From Nanopusillaceae archaeon (GTDB lineage Archaea > Nanobdellota > Nanobdellia > Nanobdellales > Nanobdellaceae): 13,707 nucleotides of DNA. The position numbers and the translations under genes are program-made. The DNA lies in the NCBI GenBank assembly GCA_038735675.1, contig JAVYNJ010000016.1, forward strand, positions 1 through 13,707, in the 5' to 3' direction. Positions 1-6,760 of the stretch are shown in pieces. Numbering within the stretch: the stretch's first letter is position 1; each line of letters begins with the position of its first letter. A model generated the notes under the pieces. The model was given only the letters and a program-made list of their open reading frames with translations, made no database searches and was not told where the DNA came from.

Positions 1-133
1 CTTGATCTGCAACAGCTGCCGCCTTAGATTGTGTAGCTACAGTGGTTTGTGTTATTAAGAAAGCTGCTATTGCTGCTGTTAAAACTAAAGCTATAAATAC
101 TATCAAGGTTCCAATACCTGTTTGTCCTTTCAT
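1..133 (-). CDS. arlB: Archaellin (archaeal flagellin, FlaB/ArlB family), first 44 codons only; the gene continues past the left window edge
   Basis: Not in the supplied ORF track because it is truncated. Hand translation of the reverse complement from ATG at 133-131 gives MKGQTGIGTLIVFIALVLTAAIAAFLITQTTVATQSKAAAVADQ. A short basic leader ending in Gly, followed by GIGTLIVFIA and a long hydrophobic helix, is the class III (type IV pilin-like) signal and N-terminal hallmark of archaellins. Confidence 0.8.
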   Translation of the reverse strand, partial: MKGQTGIGTLIVFIALVLTAAIAAFLITQTTVATQSKAAAVADQ

Positions 134-191
134 AAAATACAATTCCATCTTTTCTTAAATTTAAATATATGTTAATCAAAATGGTTAATCA

Positions 192-266
192 TGCCCCCGC
201 CGGGATTTGAACCCGGGTCTCGGGGACGAAAACCCCGTATCCTAGACCTGACTAGACGACGGGGGC
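192..266 (-). tRNA. tRNA-Glu (anticodon UUC), contiguous, no intron, CCA not encoded
   Basis: The reverse complement reads GCCCCCGTCGTCTAGTCAGGTCTAGGATACGGGGTTTTCGTCCCCGAGACCCGGGTTCAAATCCCGGCGGGGGCA. Hand-folded cloverleaf: acceptor GCCCCCG/CGGGGGC, D stem GUCU/GGAU, anticodon stem CGGGG/CCCCG with loop UU-UUC-GU, 4-nt variable region, T stem CCGGG/CCCGG with loop TTCAAAT, discriminator A. It is a sharp GC island in AT-rich DNA. Confidence 0.93.
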
Positions 267-296
267 TATAGAATATTTAAATTATGAAAACTTATT

Positions 297-539
297 TTAA
301 ATTTTTTCTATCTCATCGCATATTCTTTGAACTTCCTCAATGTAAAAATTAATAAAAATAATTTCTCCATAACTATATATTAAAACTTTTTTGTCATTAT
401 TGTACAATCTAACCAATTCATGATCTTTTTCCAAGATTTTATAATCTTTAAAAATAGATAAAACCCTATCAATCTCTATTTTTTTATCAAAAACAACAGA
501 ATAATCATTTATACCACATAATTTATTTATTTTATACAT
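297..539 (-). CDS. Hypothetical 80-aa protein (family not recognised; weak resemblance to a single TBP-like repeat)
   Basis: The ORF fills the gap between the tRNA and the divergent sufS, with a 34-nt spacer to sufS. It has no TM segment or signal peptide and a single Cys at residue 8. The C-terminal stretch ELVRLYNNDKKVLIYSYGEIIFINFYIEEVQRICDEIEKI loosely parallels the [32 protein letters not shown]..AVEKI segment of archaeal TBP repeats. This is an eye alignment only. Confidence 0.6.
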   Translation of the reverse strand: MYKINKLCGINDYSVVFDKKIEIDRVLSIFKDYKILEKDHELVRLYNNDKKVLIYSYGEIIFINFYIEEVQRICDEIEKI

Positions 540-573
540 TAAGTCAAATAAACTTTAAATTCTTATAATCCTT

Positions 574-1797
574 ATGCTAAATGTAGAAAAAATTAGAGAA
601 GATTTTCCGATACTTAACAGAGAAATAAATGGAAAAAGATTAATATATTTTGATAATGCTGCATCTTCTCAAAAACCAATACAAGTAATAAATAAAATAA
701 AGGAAGTTTATGAAAATTTTTATGCAAATATCCATAGAGGAATTCACACTTTATCGCAAGAGGCTTCAGAAATGTATGAAAATTCTCATAGAGATGTTGC
801 AAGATTTATAAAAGCTAAAGATTGGAGAGAAATAATATTTACAAGAAATGCTACAGAATCTATAAATTTAATTGCTTATTCTTATGGATTAAATAATCTA
901 AAAAAAGAAGAAAAAATTGTTTTGACAATTATGGAACATCATTCAAATATTGTACCGTGGCAATTTCTTTCAAAAAAAACCGGTGCAAAAATGGAGTATA
1001 TTTACATAAATAAAGATTATGAACTTACCTTAGAAGATTTAGATAAAAAAATAGATAATAAAACAAAAATTGTTGCAATTACACAGATGTCAAATGTCTT
1101 AGGAACTATAAATCCCATAAAGGAAATAATAAATCTTGCTCACGAGAAAGGAGCAATCGTTTTAGTTGATGGTGCTCAAAGTGTACCACATATGGAAATA
1201 GATGTTAAAAAATATGATATAGATTTTTTAGTTTTTAGCTCACACAAAATGCTGGGTCCATCTGGAATAGGAATATTATATGGAAAATACGAAATATTAG
1301 AAAGTATGGAACCTTTTTTATTTGGTGGAGATATGATTAAAGATGTTGATTTATATGATTCTTCATGGAATGAGATACCATGGAAATTTGAAGCTGGAAC
1401 TCCAAATATTGTTGATGGTATTGCTTTTTCAGAGGCTATAAAATATTTAGAGAAGATTGGCATAAAAAATATAGAAAATTACGAAAAAAAATTAATAAAA
1501 TATTTTTTAGATAGATTAAATGAAATAGAAAAAGCAAAATTAATTGGTCCCGAAAAAGATAAAAATAGAGGAGCTGTTTTTTCTCTAATATTTGAAAAAT
1601 ACAATCCTCATGAAATTGCAAAAATATTAGATAAAAATGGAATAGCCGTTAGATCTGGATATCATTGCGCACATCCGCTTATGAAATATTTAAAACTATT
1701 TGAAAAAGGTGGAACGGTAAGAGCAAGTCTATATTTATATAATACCATCGAAGAAATTGATAGATTCTTTGAAATTCTAAAAAAATTAATCAAATAA
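574..1797 (+). CDS. sufS: Cysteine desulfurase, SufS/CsdA-type (class V PLP aminotransferase fold)
   Basis: 407 aa. The N-terminal KIREDFPILNREINGKRLIYFDNAASSQKP matches the SufS N-terminus pattern. Other motifs present: HHSNIVPW, the PLP-lysine motif FSSHKMLGPSGIG, and the catalytic cysteine loop RSGYHCAHPL. Confidence 0.92.
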   Translation: MLNVEKIREDFPILNREINGKRLIYFDNAASSQKPIQVINKIKEVYENFYANIHRGIHTLSQEASEMYENSHRDVARFIKAKDWREIIFTRNATESINLIAYSYGLNNLKKEEKIVLTIMEHHSNIVPWQFLSKKTGAKMEYIYINKDYELTLEDLDKKIDNKTKIVAITQMSNVLGTINPIKEIINLAHEKGAIVLVDGAQSVPHMEIDVKKYDIDFLVFSSHKMLGPSGIGILYGKYEILESMEPFLFGGDMIKDVDLYDSSWNEIPWKFEAGTPNIVDGIAFSEAIKYLEKIGIKNIENYEKKLIKYFLDRLNEIEKAKLIGPEKDKNRGAVFSLIFEKYNPHEIAKILDKNGIAVRSGYHCAHPLMKYLKLFEKGGTVRASLYLYNTIEEIDRFFEILKKLIK

Positions 1798-4116
1798 CCA
1801 TGAATATATTTTTTTAGAATTTCTTTTTATAATTTTTCTTATACTACCACCATTTATATTGAAATAATCTGAAATTTTTCTAAAACTCCAAGCTAATAAG
1901 ATTTTAGATATCAAAATTTCTAGATCTAAATCTTCTAATTTAGGTTTTTCTTTATCTCCAGACATCAAATAATATAAAAATAATAATCTAATTAGATCTG
2001 CCGCGGCTTCATATGTCATCGGACCCTTAAAATATGCTCTGGCTTTTTCTTTTTGAACTTCTGTTAAAAGAATATCAAAATGCGGCCTAATATTAAATGG
2101 GGTTTCTAATAATTTTCTAATTATCTTTGGCTCTAAATCAAAATAAACATCGGTTATTTGATTTATTAATCTCCATCTAAATTCATAGTTTAGTTTTTTT
2201 ACAATTTCTTCAGTTTTTCTATTTAAAGGCTTAACTACTATAGCAGAATATTCTCCAGATGCTTTATTTTTTTCTGGAGATAGATGAATAACTATAAAAC
2301 CGTTTTTTAACCAGAAATTAAGTAAATCATAAGTCACTCCGAAACTTGTTCCTATCCAATCGTAATTTTTTTCTTTAGCCCAATTTGTAAGTTTTTCTAA
2401 AGCAATAGAACCAAGACCCTTACCTTGAAGAGAAGGATGCGTAGCAATTCTAACGATTCTTATTCCTTTTAATTTTGGAAATTCTTTTTCTCTAAAATGT
2501 TTCGCTATAACGTCAGGAATTATATTTCCTTTTGGTTTATAATCTTTTAACATTCTTTCAATAGTATCTTCACTTAACTGTCCTTCATAAGCAACCTGTA
2601 TTGCATTTACTATTTTCTCATTTTCTAATTCTAAAACAAAACCATCATGATGTGGGGCATCGGCAATCATAGCTAGATCGTTCGGTCTATTTTGATAATG
2701 TGCTAAAACATAAATTCCAACAAAAGATCTTAATTTTTTCTCTTCTTTTTCAAACCAATCTTTTAGGGGAATTTTATAAAACTTTAACCTTTTCTCTTCT
2801 ATTAATTTTAAATCGTTTAATTCTACATCTTCGGGTTCTGCATCTAATAATAAAGTATCAAAAAGCCATTTTTCAATTGGATCATCTTCCCCATATCGTA
2901 TTGGTTCCTTCATTTTATATTCAAAAACCTCAAAGTCTTTTCTTTCTTTTATATATTTCATAAATCTAACTGAGAAAGATCTACCGGCTCCTTCATATCC
3001 GTGTATAGTAGAAGAAAAAACTAACTTCCTATTTTTATTTAAATACTCATAAAGAAGATTTACTCCAATTCCTGCAGCTTCATCTACAAATAAAAAATCA
3101 TATTTTTTTGATAATACATTCAAAGGATCTCTGTATTCGATATATATTTTATTTTTTATTTTTATTTTTTTTCCATGTTCATCAAATTTAATATTATTTT
3201 TCTCCAAACCCAATTTCAAAAACTCAAAAAGAGTTTTCACATTTTCAATTGAAGGAGAAGTTATACCTATATCTATAGTTTGATCTTTATCTAGAAAATA
3301 TTCTACTAATGCTGAAACACAAAGACCTAAAACTGCACTTTTACCTCTACCCCTATCAGCAATTATTAAAAAAGCTTTTTTTCCAGATTCTAATAAATTT
3401 TCCAGTAATTTTAATACATTTACTTGATCATCAGTTATACATAGTCTATATATTCTTTCTGAAAATTTCTTATTTTCAGGCAATTTAGTTACTTTTTTAA
3501 CTTTGGGTATTATTTTTGATATATCACAATCGTAGCTTAAATTCTTCAAAATAATATCCCTTTCGGTATCAATTATTAATATATTTTCGTGTTCAATGAG
3601 CTTTCTCTTAAATCTTATTTCAAATAGATTTCTTACATCATCTATTTTATATGGAGGGGTCAACAAGTGTTGATGAAATATAGTTCTTATATTTTCAAAA
3701 TTACCAAAATCTTCTATTAAAAAAATTATTAATCCTTTTCCAGAAACCGTTCCTATTAATCTACCAATATAGTCTGGAGTTAAAGATTTATACATATCCA
3801 GAATCAAAATTTCGTAAGTCTTTCCCATGTATTTTTCGGATTCTGAATATTTTCCTTTTTCTAAATTAAAATTATATTTCTTAAAAATTTCATTAATTTC
3901 TTCATACCTTTTAGAAAAGTCTCCATAAAAATCCTCAGTTACAAATAATATTTTTAGATCTACATATTGTTCTTTTAAAAAATTCTTATATTCTTCTATA
4001 ATTTTATCAATGTATTTTTTGTATTTTTTACCAGATAGGACAATTATACCTCTATGGTTTCTTAAAAAATTATTACAAAACATTTTTCTCAATTCATTTA
4101 ATATTTCAGTCTCCAT
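1786..4116 (-). CDS. tmcA: tRNA(Met) cytidine acetyltransferase TmcA (Kre33/NAT10 family RNA ac4C acetyltransferase)
   Basis: 776 aa. It has a central helicase-like P-loop (ADRGRGKSAVLG) and Walker B (LFVDEAAGI), followed by a GNAT acetyl-CoA site (RIATHPSLQGKGLGSIALEKL) and a C-terminal RNA-binding tail. This is the domain order of TmcA/NAT10. The 3' end overlaps the sufS 3' end by 12 nt (convergent). Confidence 0.9.
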   Translation of the reverse strand: METEILNELRKMFCNNFLRNHRGIIVLSGKKYKKYIDKIIEEYKNFLKEQYVDLKILFVTEDFYGDFSKRYEEINEIFKKYNFNLEKGKYSESEKYMGKTYEILILDMYKSLTPDYIGRLIGTVSGKGLIIFLIEDFGNFENIRTIFHQHLLTPPYKIDDVRNLFEIRFKRKLIEHENILIIDTERDIILKNLSYDCDISKIIPKVKKVTKLPENKKFSERIYRLCITDDQVNVLKLLENLLESGKKAFLIIADRGRGKSAVLGLCVSALVEYFLDKDQTIDIGITSPSIENVKTLFEFLKLGLEKNNIKFDEHGKKIKIKNKIYIEYRDPLNVLSKKYDFLFVDEAAGIGVNLLYEYLNKNRKLVFSSTIHGYEGAGRSFSVRFMKYIKERKDFEVFEYKMKEPIRYGEDDPIEKWLFDTLLLDAEPEDVELNDLKLIEEKRLKFYKIPLKDWFEKEEKKLRSFVGIYVLAHYQNRPNDLAMIADAPHHDGFVLELENEKIVNAIQVAYEGQLSEDTIERMLKDYKPKGNIIPDVIAKHFREKEFPKLKGIRIVRIATHPSLQGKGLGSIALEKLTNWAKEKNYDWIGTSFGVTYDLLNFWLKNGFIVIHLSPEKNKASGEYSAIVVKPLNRKTEEIVKKLNYEFRWRLINQITDVYFDLEPKIIRKLLETPFNIRPHFDILLTEVQKEKARAYFKGPMTYEAAADLIRLLFLYYLMSGDKEKPKLEDLDLEILISKILLAWSFRKISDYFNINGGSIRKIIKRNSKKIYSWLFD

Positions 4117-4315
4117 TTAACAAATTTTTAACAAATGTTTAATAAACTTTAAATTTATCAAGAAAAATTATTTAACATCATGTTAATTATATTTAAGCTA
4201 CTTTAACGTAATAACAAATAACTTTAATGTGGTAGCAAAAAAAGAAGTTAAAATAATATTAAAGAAAGATTAAATTTACGTTAAATGTTTCTTAAAATAA
4301 TGTTAATTAAATATT

Positions 4316-4322
4316 AAAAAAA
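4316..4322 (-). terminator. Oligo-T tract (T7 on the minus strand) immediately 3' of the rgy-helicase stop codon
   Basis: The plus strand has AAAAAAA at 4316-4322, 3-9 nt after the stop (4325-4327). Archaeal RNA polymerase terminates at oligo-T runs. Such runs are common in this AT-rich DNA, so support is weak. Confidence 0.25.
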
Positions 4323-4324
4323 GA

Positions 4325-6073
4325 TTAAGAATAAAAATATATTTTTAATTTTCTATCAAGAGCCTTTAATAACTTATCGTCATCCGATAAGATTACAGAC
4401 AGCCCTTTTGTTAATCCTCCAGTATATAATCTTGAAGTTCTTCCAGAAGCCTGTATATAAGTTTTTATATCCAGTATATTAAGATATATATCACCTTCTA
4501 GTATTTTAAGACTCAGATCTGGATGCTCCTTTAATTTATTTAGAAAATCTTTATTACTTATATATCTAACGACAATTTCTTCTATTTCTCTAATCATATT
4601 TGAATAGGATAACATCCATTTTTCACTCCACGTATTTTCAGAATAAGCTTTAGATAAAGAAATTAAAGCATCAGAAGAAAGTCTCTTTAATTTTTTATTC
4701 AAATTTCTTAACAATTTCTCAATTTTTTTATTTTCTTTTATCAAAGGCTTAATTACTTCTGCCAATATTAAGAGATTTTTTAGATTTTTTTCAAATTTTG
4801 TAATATTTATAGATATTTTAGGAATCCCAACGAATATAGCATATTTTACTCTGGTAGGTAGATCCAGACCCCTCACTAATAATCCTTGATGATGAGCAAT
4901 TCCAATTAAAATATTTATTTCCCCATTTGCAAATTTTTTTATATTTTTTAAAGATTCTTTTTCTTTAGATATTACTAAACCAACCTTAAATCCATTTTCT
5001 GACAAAAATTTAAACAATTCTTCGGCATAATTACTTCCCAAATCTTTACAAACAAATATTAAAATTCCATCTTCCATCTTTTTAACTAAATCTAAAACTA
5101 CTGGTTTAAAATCTTCAAATCCACTAATATAGCAATCTACAATATTTCTCAGTTTACTTGAAGTAGAACCAACAGAAAAATCTAGTAATTCCTTATATAA
5201 TTTAACTCTTTTACCCCTAATTGATCCTGTAGCTGATGATAAAACCAATATGCCATGTTCTTTATTTTTAATTTGAGCTAATTTTTCTTTTAATTCCTTA
5301 TCTAATTCTAAATTTCCCTTTATTTTTTTATCTATTATCTGATTTGAAAATTTTATATCATCTTCACTAAATCCTAAAAGTCTTATTATTCTTTCGATAT
5401 TTTTCGATCCTTTAAAAAAGGCATCAACGTCGTCAACAAATATGATATCAAACTTCTTATCTGATAATATTTCAAAATTTTTAGATATAAATTGATTAGA
5501 AACAATCAATATATCAAATTTTCCATTTTTTATATTTTCTTTTTCCTCCTTGTTTCCGCTATATGCAATAATATTTAGTTTATATCCTGATTTTTCTAAA
5601 AGCTTATTTAATTTTTCAAACATTTGAATTACTAAAACTCTTGTAGGAAGAACAATTAATATTTTGTATCCTTTATTGGCAAAATATAACGAAGATACTA
5701 AAATAAAAGTAGATTTTCCCGTTCCTGTTGGAGCTATCATAGAAAAACTTCTTTTGTTATATAATCTTTTAAACCATGAAATTTGAATAGACCAAGGATC
5801 TGAATTGATCATATTTTTAAAGAAGTTATAAAATTGTTTACTTTCCTCTTTTAAACTATATATTTCTTTGAAATAAAATAATCTATTTTTTTCTAATAAT
5901 ATTTTATAAATATCAAAATCTGATTTTATTAACTCTAATTCCTCTTCTTTAATATCTTTTTCACAAGGTAAAACATTTTCTAATCTTTCAGAAGATATTG
6001 CTTCGTTACAATTAAAACATGACTTTTTTATTATTAAGTTAATGTTCATAACTTTATTAAAACGTTGTACCAT
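4325..6073 (-). CDS. rgy: Reverse gyrase, helicase-like N-terminal half encoded as a separate gene (topoisomerase IA half not present here); the true start is probably the ATG at 6049 (Met9)
   Basis: Motifs appear in reverse-gyrase order: N-terminal Cys cluster SCFNC..LPCEKD, DPWSIQISWFKRL, motif I APTGTGKST, motif II FVDDVDAF, SAT (LSSATGS), motif VI YIQASGRTSRLYTGGLTKGLSV. The ORF ends about 30 residues after motif VI, where the linker to the Toprim domain normally starts. The next gene downstream is tmcA, not a topoisomerase. Confidence 0.88.
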   Translation of the reverse strand: MVQRFNKVMNINLIIKKSCFNCNEAISSERLENVLPCEKDIKEEELELIKSDFDIYKILLEKNRLFYFKEIYSLKEESKQFYNFFKNMINSDPWSIQISWFKRLYNKRSFSMIAPTGTGKSTFILVSSLYFANKGYKILIVLPTRVLVIQMFEKLNKLLEKSGYKLNIIAYSGNKEEKENIKNGKFDILIVSNQFISKNFEILSDKKFDIIFVDDVDAFFKGSKNIERIIRLLGFSEDDIKFSNQIIDKKIKGNLELDKELKEKLAQIKNKEHGILVLSSATGSIRGKRVKLYKELLDFSVGSTSSKLRNIVDCYISGFEDFKPVVLDLVKKMEDGILIFVCKDLGSNYAEELFKFLSENGFKVGLVISKEKESLKNIKKFANGEINILIGIAHHQGLLVRGLDLPTRVKYAIFVGIPKISINITKFEKNLKNLLILAEVIKPLIKENKKIEKLLRNLNKKLKRLSSDALISLSKAYSENTWSEKWMLSYSNMIREIEEIVVRYISNKDFLNKLKEHPDLSLKILEGDIYLNILDIKTYIQASGRTSRLYTGGLTKGLSVILSDDDKLLKALDRKLKIYFYS

Positions 6074-6080
6074 ATAAATT
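6072..6080. promoter_or_regulatory. Candidate shared TATA element (ATATAAATT / AATTTATAT) for the divergent rgy-helicase and GINS genes
   Basis: On the plus strand it lies about 20-28 nt upstream of the GINS ATG (6100). On the minus strand ATTTATAT spans -30 to -23 relative to the Met9 ATG of rgy (6049). This is the standard archaeal TATA-to-TSS distance for leaderless mRNAs. The background is AT-rich, so specificity is low. Confidence 0.3.
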
Positions 6081-6099
6081 TTTTTTAGTATATATAAGT

Positions 6100-6729
6100 A
6101 TGGAAACTAATATAATAGAAGAACTTTTTTCTTTACAAAAAATAGAAAAAAAGCAAGGAAATCTAAAACCAGAAAAAATTTCTCCAAACTTCTTCAAAAA
6201 AATATCTGAAGAAATAAAAAAAATAAAAAAACAAATAGAAAAATCAGACCCAAGTTCTGAAGAAACAAAAAATTTACAAGAAAATTTAAATAATATAAAA
6301 AATCTCCTCAGAGATATTATGATTATTAGAATTACAAAAATATTAAACTGTCTGGTTTTGCAATCAAAAGAAGGATTAAATATAATAAATGAAAAGGAAT
6401 TACAGGAAGAAGAAAAAGTATTCTACAAAATAGCAAATAAAGTAATATCTACATACATAAATGAAGTTGTTAAAAAAATGATAAATGGAGAAACTCCAAA
6501 TGAAGAAGCTTTAATATCAATATTCGAAAATGACGATATTAAAAGTAAATCTAAAGACAAAACAATAATAACAATTAAACAAGATTTTGTTCCAAAGGTC
6601 TTAGCATCTGGAAATAAAACATATGGTCCTATGTTTTATGGCGATATATTAATAATTTCGAAGACAATTGCCGAAAGATTATTAAATACTAAACAAAAAA
6701 TAGCAGAAGAGATTATAAAAAATCAATAA
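6100..6729 (+). CDS. GINS complex subunit, Gins51 (Gins15/Sld5-Psf1-like) replication factor
   Basis: 209 aa. The N-terminal helical A-domain pattern is present: IIEELFSLQ..E....L..ISPNFFKKISEEIKKIKKQI, then NIKNLLRDIMIIRITKIL, then EEEKVFYKIANKVISTYINEV. A short C-terminal B-domain carries KTYGPMFYGDILIISKTIAERLL, comparable to archaeal Gins51 YGPF..GD...LP...A..L. The call rests on pattern matching only. Confidence 0.65.
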   Translation: METNIIEELFSLQKIEKKQGNLKPEKISPNFFKKISEEIKKIKKQIEKSDPSSEETKNLQENLNNIKNLLRDIMIIRITKILNCLVLQSKEGLNIINEKELQEEEKVFYKIANKVISTYINEVVKKMINGETPNEEALISIFENDDIKSKSKDKTIITIKQDFVPKVLASGNKTYGPMFYGDILIISKTIAERLLNTKQKIAEEIIKNQ

Positions 6730-6760
6730 ATTTAAAAAATATTTTAATAGAATTATTTTT

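Noticed and set aside
267-296. TATA boxes for the tRNA (TTAAAATA about -34 to -27, and TTTAAATA about -15 to -8, on the minus strand)
   Set aside because: TATA-like octamers occur almost everywhere in this composition. Without TSS data neither can be preferred, so I did not annotate a feature.
547-561. Exact 15-mer AATAAACTTTAAATT shared between the sufS upstream region (547-561) and the tmcA upstream spacer (4141-4155), with a partial copy at 11109-11119
   Set aside because: My rough estimate is that a few exact 15-mers are expected by chance in about 14 kb of DNA this AT-rich. The copies are also in opposite orientation relative to the genes they precede. They are probably generic TATA-like sequence rather than a specific repeat or mobile-element end.
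614-1621. ORF-track entries 614-802(-), 1176-1463(-) and 1436-1621(-), antisense to sufS
   Set aside because: They lie entirely inside a confidently identified sufS frame. Their translations are low-complexity Phe/Leu/Ile/Lys strings typical of the antisense of AT-rich coding DNA, with no motifs.
2700-2963. 87-aa plus-strand ORF inside tmcA
   Set aside because: It is antisense to the conserved TmcA helicase/GNAT region. Its Leu/Phe/Ile-rich sequence is a shadow ORF.
4117-4324. Possible C/D-box or H/ACA guide RNA in the long spacer
   Set aside because: There is no CTGA (D box) on either strand and only an imperfect TGATGT. There are no GC-rich stems, which a hyperthermophile RNA would be expected to have.
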